Below, in pieces: positions 55,193-64,000 of a stretch of DNA of 64,000 nt. The translations under genes and the position numbers were made by a program. This DNA is from Candidatus Latescibacterota bacterium. Its GTDB lineage: Bacteria > Latescibacterota > UBA2968. The notes under the pieces were generated by a model. The model saw only the letters and a program-made list of their open reading frames with translations, was not told the DNA's origin and did not search any database. The DNA is taken from assembly GCA_965207885.1 (NCBI GenBank), contig OZ242311.1, positions 6,112,001 to 6,176,000 on the forward strand, given 5' to 3'. Positions within the stretch are counted from its first letter, which is position 1, and each line of letters starts with the position of its first letter.

Positions 55193-55602
55193 ACACAAAT
55201 ATATTCTTTCTTGATACAGGTTATCTCATTGCCCTTGAAGCTTCTAACGACAAAAATCATACACGCGCAAAAAATCATTGGCGAACTTTTATTCGCACAC
55301 GCCCGTCATTAGTGACCACTTCCTTTGTGTTTGATGAAGTGGTCACTTTTTTTAACAGTCGAAATCGGCATGATAAAGCAATTGAAGTTGGCACACGCCT
55401 CTTGAATAGCCCTTCTGTTCAGCTAATCCAAGTAGATGACTCTCTTTTTCGCAAAGGTTGGGAATATTTCGAGCAACATTCAGATAAGCTCTACTCTTTG
55501 ACAGATTGCATTTCATTTGTTGTTATGCAGCAACGGAAAATTCAGACTGCCCTAACTTTTGATAGGCATTTTACTCAAGCCAATTTTTTGACCATTCCCT
55601 GA
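55189..55602 (+). CDS. vapC: PIN domain toxin
   Basis: FLDTG, V.DE, SLTDC.SF..M, TFD.HF. Confidence 0.9.
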   Translation: MNTNIFFLDTGYLIALEASNDKNHTRAKNHWRTFIRTRPSLVTTSFVFDEVVTFFNSRNRHDKAIEVGTRLLNSPSVQLIQVDDSLFRKGWEYFEQHSDKLYSLTDCISFVVMQQRKIQTALTFDRHFTQANFLTIP

Positions 55603-55608
55603 ATCTCC

Positions 55609-55664
55609 TGAAAGTGGCATACTACAGGCGTATATGGTGCGTGGTTGGCTTTGAGTAGGACTAA
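55609..55664 (+). repeat. Copy 2 of the 56-bp repeat: orphan 3' end of an ogl-like allele
   Basis: Encodes ESGILQAYMVRGWL* versus ESGILQAYMVRGWS* at 50333-50377. Confidence 0.85.
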
Positions 55665-55695
55665 GCGGCCATCGCACAAACATCTCTGCCTTGTA

Positions 55696-55713
55696 ATATA
55701 ACATATGTTATAT
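55696..55713. promoter_or_regulatory. Perfect 18-bp palindrome, candidate operator
   Basis: ATATAACATATGTTATAT, about 80 bp upstream of the XRE-HTH helicase gene. Confidence 0.55.
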
Positions 55714-55795
55714 GATTCTTGATATTCACCCGACCATATTATATATTCCGGTTGTCCAAAAATTGAGACATGACAGGTAGAAGGATATATCACCC

Positions 55796-58700
55796 ATGAT
55801 TTTAACTGACCTACCAGGCGATTACGCCCGAAGAATCAAAAACATCCGGGGCGTCAAAGAACTGACCCAAACGCAGTTCGCGGAGTGCATTGGTGTGTCC
55901 TATGCCTCAGTCAACCGCTGGGAGAACGGACAGTCGCGTCCCAACAATCTGGCCTGGCAACGCATCTTAGAGCTGGAAGCGTACCCCCATGATGGCATTG
56001 ATGAGGTACCGGCGATACCAGAAGTGAGATCAACATCTCCACTGAGCATGGACTTCTCCGCGAACCCGGACGCTATTTCAGCAGTCGCCGAAGCGCATCG
56101 CCTCACCTACGGACATCTTTTTAACTCTGCGTTTGCCGCTGAAACATCGTTGATCGACCCGCTACCTCATCAGCGCATCGCCGTGTACGAGCAAATGCTG
56201 CAACAGGCCCCCCTGCGATTCTTGCTCGCCGACGACGCGGGCGCCGGTAAAACGATCATGACGGGCCTGTACGTGCGCGAGATGTTGTCCCGCAGACTCA
56301 TCCGCCGCGTGCTCATCGTCCCACCTGCTGGCCTGGTTGGCAACTGGGAGCGAGAATTGCGCACCCTGTTTCACCTGCCATTCCGCATCATCAGCGGCGC
56401 AGACGCGCGAACCGGCAATCCCTTCCTTGGAGCAGAGAGTGACCGGGCAATCGTCAGCATCGACACTCTGGCCGGGGAACGCATGTTCAACTACCTCAAA
56501 GACCCGCAGACTGACGCTTATGACCTCGTCGTCTTCGACGAAGCGCACAAGCTATCCGCGAATCGCCAGCCGGACTTCAGGGTACGCAAAACGGATCGCT
56601 ACAGGCTGGCAGAAGCCCTATCTGGCGCTGAGGTAGATAGTGAAGACTGGAGACTCCCCTGGTCGGCTCAACATCTGCTATTGCTCACCGCAACGCCGCA
56701 TATGGGAAAGGATCACCCCTACTACTATCTATGGCGTCTGCTACTTCCCGACGCACTCTCTACCTATGATGCTTTCGAAGAGTTTCCCCAAGAATCTCGG
56801 CAGAAGCACTATATCCGCCGGACCAAAGAAGAGATGGTCCACTTTGATGGTTCCCCGCTATATCCACAGCGAAACTGCGACACATTGGGCTACGCACTCT
56901 CACAAGGACAAGAAAGCGAACAGGAACTCTACGACGAAACCACAGAATACATCCGGTATTATTACAACCGCGCTGGCATTTTGAACCGCTCCGCCGCCCG
57001 CCTGGCAATGAGCGTCTTCCAGCGCCGTCTCGCCAGTTCCACGTACGCCCTCCTGCGCTCCTTTGAGCGTCGCCATGAGAAACTCGAAGGACTGATTGAC
57101 GACATACAGAACGGGCGTCTCTCCGAGGAACAACTCTTACGCCAACAACGACGCCTCGACACTCTCGACGATCTCTATGAAACCCGCACTGCCGATGAGG
57201 ATGGAGAACAACAGGAGGGATTCGAGAGCGATGCTCTGGGCGGCACCATCGCGGTCAATCTCAGCGAACTGGAGACAGAACGTCTCAGGGTCGAAGAACT
57301 GTTCAACAAGGCCCAGAACCTGTACGACACTGGCGAGGAATCCAAATTCGAGAAACTGCGCGAGGTGCTCAGTAATCCGAAATACACCGACGAAAAATTC
57401 ATCATATTCACCGAGCACCGCGACACAGCGGAGTTCCTTGTGCGCCGTCTCGAAGGTCTCGGCTACACCGGTCAAGTCGCCCTGATCCACGGTGGCCTGC
57501 CGTACCAGGAAAGAGAGCGACAGGTCGAGTTTTTCCGCCGACCAGCGACGGAAGGCGGGGCCAACTATCTGGTAGCTACCGACGCCGCTGGCGAAGGTAT
57601 CAATCTGCAGTTCTGCTGGCTGATGGTCAACTACGACATCCCCTGGAATCCGGCGCGGCTCGAACAGCGGATGGGTCGTATCCATCGCTACGGACAAACG
57701 CACGATCCCGTAGTCATAATCAACTTGGTGTCCAGCGGCACGCGCGAGGGGCGGGTCTTGAAAACCCTTCTCGACAAGCTGGAGGCGATCCGACGACAAC
57801 TCCAATCTGACAAGGTCTTCGACGTCGTAGGCCGTCTGTTTGAAGAATACTCCATGAAGGACTATCTCGAACAAGCGATCACCGAAGACGCCGATACCCT
57901 TGCCGAACAACTGGAAGGCGATCTCACTGAAGAGCAAGTCCGTGCTCTCGAACAAAAGGAGCGCATGATCTATGGGGAAGGTGGCGAAGTGCGTAGCCGA
58001 TTACCCCATCTCAAAAAGGAAGCAGAGCAGGAAAACTACCGCCGGCTGCTGCCCGGATACGTGCGACGCCTCGTGGAAAAAGCCGCACCGCTACTCGACC
58101 TGCACATTGAAGGGGACCCCGAAGAAACCTTCACCCTGGTACCTGCTCGACCTCGTGCAGCTGATCCCCTGCTATCCGCACTTGAGTTGTATCCCGAAAG
58201 CGCGTGGAATCGACTGACAGTGTACAAGCCATTCACTCGCGAAAACGCGATCTGGCTACACCCCGGCGAGCCGGTATTCGACAGCATCTCTGCAACGATC
58301 CTGAATCGATTCAAACACGAGGGACTAAAAGGAGCCATATTCATCGATCCTTACGCAACCGAGCCGTATCTGTTCCACATCGCACTCATTTCCGTCGAAC
58401 AACACAGCCAGGTCAACACACAGGAGACCAATCTGCTATCTGCCCTCAATAATGACGAAACAGCCCCGAAACTGCTCGAATCGCGACTGGTCGGACTGCG
58501 CCAACTAAGCGATGGTACCGTAGAGGAGTGTGCGGTCGAGCATCTTCTTCTCCTCAGAGGTGCCCATGGCATTGCCCCGAGCCGGGTGCCACTTGCCACT
58601 TTTGCTCGCACCATGGCTCAGGATGCCGCCAATTTTATCCGCGATGAAGTGACCCAACGACTCGCACAAACACATCGACAGCGCATCCTCAACGATCTAC

Positions 58701-59392
58701 CCTCACGCATGGACTTTGTCAACCGCGGCTTCGACTTCCAGGCAGCCGAACTCGCAGCAGCCCGATCCCATCTCACCCAAAGGGCACGCACTGGTGATAG
58801 GCATGCCAATACAGAACTCACCAGAGTCAAAGAACAACAACGAAGCCTGACGGATCTCCGCAACCGTCGCCTCGCCGAACTACAAACCGAACCGGACCTC
58901 ATCCAGGCTGGTGAAATGGAATTCCTCGTCCATGCCCTCGTGGTACCCGTCCAGGATACCGGGGAAACCGAGCGTTACGATGCCGATGTCGAAGCCATTG
59001 CCGTAAAAGTCGCCACCGCCTACGAGGAAAGTTTTGGCGCTGAGGTCCAGGATGTCTCACGCCCCGAACTCGCACGGCGCGCGGGACTAACCGACTGGCC
59101 GGGCTTTGACCTCAGATCCCGCCATCCCGCAAATGACCAAAGCAACGCAGAAGAACGCGCCATCGAAGTCAAAGGCCGCGCTGGCTCCGGTAATATTCAA
59201 ATGAGCGAAAACGAATGGGCCAGAGCCTGCAACCTGCGCGATGATTACTGGCTCTATGTCGTCTTCGACTGCGCCACGCCACGCCCACGCCTCGTGAGAG
59301 TGCGCGACCCATTTGGCAAACTACTCGTCAGAACCCACGAATCTATTGCATTCACTATCACCTCAGGGGAACTGTTGGAAGCCGCCGAGTAA
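55796..59392 (+). CDS. XRE-HTH plus SNF2-like helicase plus DUF3883 (PD-(D/E)xK) fusion
   Basis: LTQ.QFA..IGVS..SVNRWENG...P; LADDAGAGKT, DEAH, TATPH, GEGINLQ, QRMGRIHR; C-terminal GFDL..AIEVKG...SENEW. Confidence 0.9.
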   Translation: MILTDLPGDYARRIKNIRGVKELTQTQFAECIGVSYASVNRWENGQSRPNNLAWQRILELEAYPHDGIDEVPAIPEVRSTSPLSMDFSANPDAISAVAEAHRLTYGHLFNSAFAAETSLIDPLPHQRIAVYEQMLQQAPLRFLLADDAGAGKTIMTGLYVREMLSRRLIRRVLIVPPAGLVGNWERELRTLFHLPFRIISGADARTGNPFLGAESDRAIVSIDTLAGERMFNYLKDPQTDAYDLVVFDEAHKLSANRQPDFRVRKTDRYRLAEALSGAEVDSEDWRLPWSAQHLLLLTATPHMGKDHPYYYLWRLLLPDALSTYDAFEEFPQESRQKHYIRRTKEEMVHFDGSPLYPQRNCDTLGYALSQGQESEQELYDETTEYIRYYYNRAGILNRSAARLAMSVFQRRLASSTYALLRSFERRHEKLEGLIDDIQNGRLSEEQLLRQQRRLDTLDDLYETRTADEDGEQQEGFESDALGGTIAVNLSELETERLRVEELFNKAQNLYDTGEESKFEKLREVLSNPKYTDEKFIIFTEHRDTAEFLVRRLEGLGYTGQVALIHGGLPYQERERQVEFFRRPATEGGANYLVATDAAGEGINLQFCWLMVNYDIPWNPARLEQRMGRIHRYGQTHDPVVIINLVSSGTREGRVLKTLLDKLEAIRRQLQSDKVFDVVGRLFEEYSMKDYLEQAITEDADTLAEQLEGDLTEEQVRALEQKERMIYGEGGEVRSRLPHLKKEAEQENYRRLLPGYVRRLVEKAAPLLDLHIEGDPEETFTLVPARPRAADPLLSALELYPESAWNRLTVYKPFTRENAIWLHPGEPVFDSISATILNRFKHEGLKGAIFIDPYATEPYLFHIALISVEQHSQVNTQETNLLSALNNDETAPKLLESRLVGLRQLSDGTVEECAVEHLLLLRGAHGIAPSRVPLATFARTMAQDAANFIRDEVTQRLAQTHRQRILNDLPSRMDFVNRGFDFQAAELAAARSHLTQRARTGDRHANTELTRVKEQQRSLTDLRNRRLAELQTEPDLIQAGEMEFLVHALVVPVQDTGETERYDADVEAIAVKVATAYEESFGAEVQDVSRPELARRAGLTDWPGFDLRSRHPANDQSNAEERAIEVKGRAGSGNIQMSENEWARACNLRDDYWLYVVFDCATPRPRLVRVRDPFGKLLVRTHESIAFTITSGELLEAAE

Positions 59393-59410
59393 CTCAGAAA
59401 GAAAAACGGC

Positions 59411-59710
59411 ATGAAATTACGACAGCCGCGCCATAGCAAAGAGGAATTCGCCCGACGTGGTCAGGCGATCTACGAACAACAAGTGAGGGCGCAAGTGGAA
59501 GAAGACAACTACGGCAGGATCGTAGCGATTGATATTGAAACAGGCGAATTCGAGGTAGCGGACGACCCACTTGCCGCCGCTGACCAACTTTTTGCGCGTT
59601 GTCCAGATGCACAGCCGTGGTTGATCCGCATCGGCCATCGTGCGCTATATCGGTTCGGGCAGCACAATCATGGGGTGGTGCCCAAGCCCGAACAGAGAGC
59701 CATTCTGTAG
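59411..59710 (+). CDS. Small conserved hypothetical protein
   Basis: 99 aa with EEFARRG..IYE, G.IVAIDIETG.FEV, PDAQ.W..RIG pattern. Confidence 0.7.
   Translation: MKLRQPRHSKEEFARRGQAIYEQQVRAQVEEDNYGRIVAIDIETGEFEVADDPLAAADQLFARCPDAQPWLIRIGHRALYRFGQHNHGVVPKPEQRAIL
59608..59710 (+). repeat. Copy 1 of a 103-bp diverged direct repeat
   Basis: TGCACAGCCGTGGTT...CGGTTCGGGCAGCACAATCATGG...GTAG, ungapped match to 61382-61484. Confidence 0.9.
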
Positions 59711-59763
59711 AAGACCCTATTTCGCCAAAGCAATATCCCAATTCAACTAACGGAGATGACGAT

Positions 59764-61359
59764 ATGACGACTAACAGCAAATCTTCCAACGCAGCATCCC
59801 ACAACGGCCAATCCCAGAACGGTACGGGCATGCCGATGGAATTACGTCTGCACATAACAGATCCAGATTTATGCGACGAACTGAGCGGGTACCAGGAGGG
59901 AATGGAGCGCGATAATTTTGCCCTCTCTGCGCTGAAGATAGGCGTCATCGCTCTGCGTCAGGCACAAGGCCGCATTGACGCTGAACAGATTCGGCAGGCG
60001 GGGGATACCATTATCCAGAATATGGCTCAGGCTCTCAACCAGCATCAGCGTGACGTAACCGATAAAATCGGCGATTTCCTCAAAGATTACTTTGATCCGG
60101 AAAGCGGGCGGTTCAACGAAAGAGTGCAGCAGTTAGTGGGAAATGACGGAGAACTGGAGCGGATCATTCGCCCCCTAATCGAAGGTGACGGCTCCCAGTT
60201 AGCCCAGACTCTCATCGCCCATGTGGGCAAGGATAGCCCACTAATGCAAACCCTTAACCCCGACTCCGCCAGCGGCCTAATTGCCCAGCTTACACAATCC
60301 ACTGAGACCACGCTGAGTGCGCAGAGCGAGCGGATACTCAGCGAGTTCTCGCAGGATAATAAAGACAGTGCCATTAACCGCCTGATTGTACAGTTGAAGG
60401 ATAATCACGGAGAAGTTGGCAAGGCACTGGAAGAGCGCATCAGCGAGGTAGTCAGTGAGTTCTCGCTGGACAAGGAAGATTCAGCTCTTACCCGCCTGAT
60501 GAACGGAGTTGAACAGGCGCAGCGTCAAATCAGCAGCGAGTTTGACCTGAACCAGGAAGATTCCGCGCTGGCCCGGATGCGCAAAGAATTGCTGGACAGC
60601 ATCGAGACCCAACGTCAGACCAACGAGAAGTTCCAACGCGATGTAATCGAGAAGTTGGCTGAAATGACTGCCCGCAAACAGGAAGCCCAAAAAAGCACTC
60701 GCCACGGCCTGGAGTTCGAATCTGCCGTTTTCGATTTTATCAACCAACAGAGCCAAAACGCTGGCGACATCGCCACCCACACTGGCAATACGACGGGGCA
60801 AATCAAGAACAATAAGAAGGGCGATATAGTCATTGAGCTCGGCCCCGAATCTGCCGCTGCCGGAGCCAAGATAGTGGTTGAAGCCAAAGAGGACGGTTCC
60901 TTTAACCTGACGAAAGCCCTAGAAGAACTGGAGGTTGCCCGAAAGAACCGAGACGCCGACATTGGCCTCTTTGTCTTCTCCAAGACCACCGCGCCGGAAG
61001 GACTGGATGCGTTCAACCGCTACGGAAACAATATAGTGACCATCTGGGACAAAGATGACACTGCCAGTGACATCTTCCTTAATGTCGGGCTGTCAGTCTC
61101 CAAAGCCCTCTCCCTGCGCCCCAAGTCCCATAGCCAAGAAACAGGGGCTGATTTTGAGGCGATTGAAAAGGCGATCATAGAAATTGAACGGCAAACGGAT
61201 GGACTTAACGAGATTAGGACTTCTGCCGAAACCATTCGCAATAGCAGCGACAAGATTCTTAACCGCGCCCGCATAATGCGCGAAGGGTTGGACAAGCAAA
61301 CCGGCATCCTGAACGATAAGGTAGATAACTTACGCGAGGCGGTCGGCAGCGCGGTCTGA
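59764..61359 (+). CDS. Coiled-coil protein with C-terminal PD-(D/E)xK nuclease-like domain (RmuC/DUF2130-like architecture)
   Basis: Long helical region with repeated SEFS.D..DSA..R units; G.EFE...KGDIVI...IVVEAK motif; RBS GGAG before ATG 59764. Confidence 0.7.
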   Translation: MTTNSKSSNAASHNGQSQNGTGMPMELRLHITDPDLCDELSGYQEGMERDNFALSALKIGVIALRQAQGRIDAEQIRQAGDTIIQNMAQALNQHQRDVTDKIGDFLKDYFDPESGRFNERVQQLVGNDGELERIIRPLIEGDGSQLAQTLIAHVGKDSPLMQTLNPDSASGLIAQLTQSTETTLSAQSERILSEFSQDNKDSAINRLIVQLKDNHGEVGKALEERISEVVSEFSLDKEDSALTRLMNGVEQAQRQISSEFDLNQEDSALARMRKELLDSIETQRQTNEKFQRDVIEKLAEMTARKQEAQKSTRHGLEFESAVFDFINQQSQNAGDIATHTGNTTGQIKNNKKGDIVIELGPESAAAGAKIVVEAKEDGSFNLTKALEELEVARKNRDADIGLFVFSKTTAPEGLDAFNRYGNNIVTIWDKDDTASDIFLNVGLSVSKALSLRPKSHSQETGADFEAIEKAIIEIERQTDGLNEIRTSAETIRNSSDKILNRARIMREGLDKQTGILNDKVDNLREAVGSAV

Positions 61360-61381
61360 TTTGGGTGAGACGGGAGTTCCC

Positions 61382-61484
61382 TGCACAGCCGTGGTTAGTG
61401 TGCATCGGGCACCGTGCGCTACATCGGTTCGGGCAGCACAATCATGGCGTGGTGCCTAACCCCAAACAGAGGCCCTTTCCGTAG
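61382..61484 (+). repeat. Copy 2 of the 103-bp repeat (orphan 3' end of the 59411 gene)
   Basis: Encodes AQPWLVCIGHRALHRFGQHNHGVVPNPKQRPFP* versus AQPWLIRIGHRALYRFGQHNHGVVPKPEQRAIL*. Confidence 0.9.
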
Positions 61485-61496
61485 AGGATACTGATA

Positions 61497-62531
61497 ATGC
61501 TTGATTTGAACGTCCCAGCTATCGAAAAACTTGTAGATTATACCGCCAGCGGAATAGGAGCAATTGCCGGGCCGATGTTGGCTCTCTGGAAGGCTTCCAG
61601 AGAAGGAAAGGCAAGAGCCATTGCCGCTAAGGCAGACGCAGAAGTGCGTAACATTGAAGCGGAATCAGACGCTCGATCATTGCAGATCATTGCCGACGCG
61701 CAGGCCCAGGCCCGGCGGGCCATTACTAAACCGATTGAATCAGGGCAAAGCAGGGTGGAAATCACTCGGGGCGACATTACTCAGCGAATCGAATTCCAAG
61801 AACGCAAACGTCTCGCAAATGTCAAATCGGTTATAGAGGATGCCGCTGCTGAGCTTGGCGACAAGGAGGTTCCCGACCAGGAACCCGACCCAGATTGGAC
61901 GGCGCGTTTTTTCGATTCCGTTCAGGACGTATCCGCCGAAGAAATGCAAAAAATCTGGTCGAAAATCCTTGCAGGGGAAGTGGAGACACCCGGCAGAACT
62001 TCGTTGCGCACCCTCTCTGTTCTCAGAGATATGTCGCAGAAGGACGCAAAGATGTTTTCTGAAACAATGCGATACAAAATTGGTAATTTCATTCACTATG
62101 AAAGTTACATATTCTCATCCAACTTGGCACGCGGAATGCATAAGTATGATTCGTTCGGCTTTTTGCCGGAATTTTTCGTCGTTATTCAAGACTGGGGATT
62201 ATTGCGCGGCACATATGACCCATCTCCCCAATTGATATTAGATGATAAAGGAATAAAAATAACAACAAATTGTAATCAAATTTTGGTTATTGAAGGAAGT
62301 TCGGGGAGAAAGATTGAACTCCAAGATACCCTTACCATGGCTGTAACTCCTCCGGCAATAGAATTATCAACGTTCTGCGAAATGAAACCAGATTTCAAGT
62401 ATCTGGGTTGTTTTGCAGAACTTCTTAAATGCCAAAACTGCACGCTCAAGATAGCCCCCAGGAAGATAACTCCTGCTGGAGATATTGCTTTTGACCCAGA
62501 TGACCTTCACATAGTCGAGCCAGCATCGTGA
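61497..62531 (+). CDS. DUF2806-type protein
   Basis: R..N...V...A..EL, DPDW..RFF..VQDVS.EEMQ.IWSKILAGE...PG..SLRTL..L. Confidence 0.78.
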   Translation: MLDLNVPAIEKLVDYTASGIGAIAGPMLALWKASREGKARAIAAKADAEVRNIEAESDARSLQIIADAQAQARRAITKPIESGQSRVEITRGDITQRIEFQERKRLANVKSVIEDAAAELGDKEVPDQEPDPDWTARFFDSVQDVSAEEMQKIWSKILAGEVETPGRTSLRTLSVLRDMSQKDAKMFSETMRYKIGNFIHYESYIFSSNLARGMHKYDSFGFLPEFFVVIQDWGLLRGTYDPSPQLILDDKGIKITTNCNQILVIEGSSGRKIELQDTLTMAVTPPAIELSTFCEMKPDFKYLGCFAELLKCQNCTLKIAPRKITPAGDIAFDPDDLHIVEPAS

Positions 62532-62582
62532 ACTAAGTTCTTTGCCACAATTCTCTCTAACACACATACGGAATAGCTAAAG

Positions 62583-64000
62583 ATGATCAATGCTAACCTG
62601 TCATTACATCTTCCTTCTCCCTGGGAGAATCAATCCTTCAAAATCAACCAGATAGGGCCCATCAACTTCCTCGTCGGGCCGAACGGGAGCGGTAAATCGC
62701 GGTTCGCCGGTGTCTTGTTAGACCAAATGAAGTCTATACCTGGAGGTGCACGCTTACTTGGCACAGATCGGCTTAAAGAGATGGCAGATCCCGTAGCGAC
62801 TCAGAGCTTTGTCGGCGACCCTTTTGCTGGCGGCTTTGCTAAGAATTGGTTCCATCATCTAAAGACGGCAGGCGAAGAAGGATCTGGAATCGATACGATA
62901 GTGCTTCTGGAAGAACGAATGGATCTTCGTATTCAGGTTGAAGCAACGCTAAGCCATCTTTTTGATCGCGAGATCATTCTCGAATGGGACTCTGGAAATC
63001 TGGTAGGTAAGATACGACGCAGAGGTAGTAGCGAGTCTTACAGGCTGGATCGTGAAGAATGTCACGGAATCAAAGAACTCTTGGTTCTGTTGACACATCT
63101 TTACGATGACAAGCATCAATACCTGATCATTGACGAACCCGAACTCAATCTACATCCACAGTATCAAGCCTTCTTCATGCAGGAGGTTCGTAAGCTCGCA
63201 GGGGATCCTTCAACCGATAGTAAAAAGAAGATTATTTTTTTGATAACGCACTCTCCATTTATTCTTGATTTTCGGTCTGAGGAAGATTTGAAATCCGTCA
63301 TATCCTTCAGTCTGGATTACTCGGTGCCAAAGCAGATTGCCAACCTGGAGCTGGATACGCCTCAGCAGCCGTTTTCCTTAACGCAAAGATTGAATGCACA
63401 TCATAAGCAACTCTTTTTTTCTGACAATCCAATCTTCGTTGAAGGCATTCTCGATGCGCGGCTCGTCGAGGCTATTCAGGAGGCTCGTGGTGTTTCGGTC
63501 GCTGGAGTAGGAAGCTGTATAATTGACGCTGGCGGAGCCGAAGAAGTGAACCAATATTTCAAGCTGTGTAAAGGTCTTGGAAAGAATGCCCACTTCCTTT
63601 ACGACCTTGACAGTCTTTTTTCTGGAAACCTCCGTGCTTGTATAAGAGACGACGAATCCATACAGAGCTTTTTGGCCTCCGCAGGACTTGGAAGCGACTT
63701 TGGAAGATATTGTGGGGAGTTGGATCGAAAACTGACATATCTGATTGATCAAATATTACAGATCGGAGTATCTCTCCCGATAGAACTCACTCAATTGGGT
63801 GAGTTTCTTAAAGGTCTCGGTAATAGGCAACAGTGGAAAAAAGAACAGTGGGCCAGGGCCCGCACGGCGGTGATGACAGCAATTAGTCTATATGAGAAGG
63901 ACATATCATCGGTATCGAAGCAAGATGTTGCAGATATTAAAGGACGACTAACACAGATCGTTACAGCCCTAAAGGAGAAGAACATACATCTTCTCCCCGG
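62583..64000 (+). CDS. OLD-family ATP-dependent nuclease (ABC ATPase plus TOPRIM), runs off the window end
   Basis: Not in the ORF track. Translated by hand: VGPNGSGKS, LIIDEPELNLHP, ITHSP, FVEG..D, YDLD. Confidence 0.85.
   Translation, partial: MINANLSLHLPSPWENQSFKINQIGPINFLVGPNGSGKSRFAGVLLDQMKSIPGGARLLGTDRLKEMADPVATQSFVGDPFAGGFAKNWFHHLKTAGEEGSGIDTIVLLEERMDLRIQVEATLSHLFDREIILEWDSGNLVGKIRRRGSSESYRLDREECHGIKELLVLLTHLYDDKHQYLIIDEPELNLHPQYQAFFMQEVRKLAGDPSTDSKKKIIFLITHSPFILDFRSEEDLKSVISFSLDYSVPKQIANLELDTPQQPFSLTQRLNAHHKQLFFSDNPIFVEGILDARLVEAIQEARGVSVAGVGSCIIDAGGAEEVNQYFKLCKGLGKNAHFLYDLDSLFSGNLRACIRDDESIQSFLASAGLGSDFGRYCGELDRKLTYLIDQILQIGVSLPIELTQLGEFLKGLGNRQQWKKEQWARARTAVMTAISLYEKDISSVSKQDVADIKGRLTQIVTALKEKNIHLLP

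Noticed and set aside
55696-55713. AT-rich palindrome as a dif site
   Set aside because: Lacks the asymmetric XerC/XerD arms and 6-bp spacer; kept only as an operator candidate.
1-64000. tRNA, rRNA, CRISPR array, integron attC array, prophage genes
   Set aside because: None recognised by eye; tRNAscan-SE, Infernal and IntegronFinder would be needed to exclude weak cases.

Overview
Bacterial genomic window. The gene content (TonB-dependent receptors, PorV/PorQ-like barrels, GWxTD proteins, DUF6785/DUF6784-type membrane proteins, four PhyH-family dioxygenases) suggests an FCB-group organism such as Ca. Latescibacterota, possibly host-associated; this is inference. The main structure is two paralogous uptake-like loci, at about 1-15.4 kb and 22.9-41.8 kb. 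Each combines a TonB receptor, a secreted protein with a T9SS-like C-terminal domain, a PorV-like barrel, two DUF6785-type inner-membrane proteins, a GWxTD protein and PhyH/sugar enzymes. A hydrolase/MATE operon lies between them. An intact IS4 element follows, then a pectate lyase/uronate-type catabolic operon. The last ~14 kb is an accessory/defence region: a tnpA-less TnpB element with readable ends, VapBC, an XRE-SNF2-DUF3883 helicase, a coiled-coil PD-(D/E)xK protein, a DUF2806-type protein and a partial OLD-family nuclease. Junctions between accessory genes repeatedly contain orphan gene 3' ends (HigA, MazF, a second ogl tail, a 103-bp duplicated tail). I recognised no rRNA, tRNA or CRISPR array. 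All family assignments come from motif recognition by eye, not database searches.
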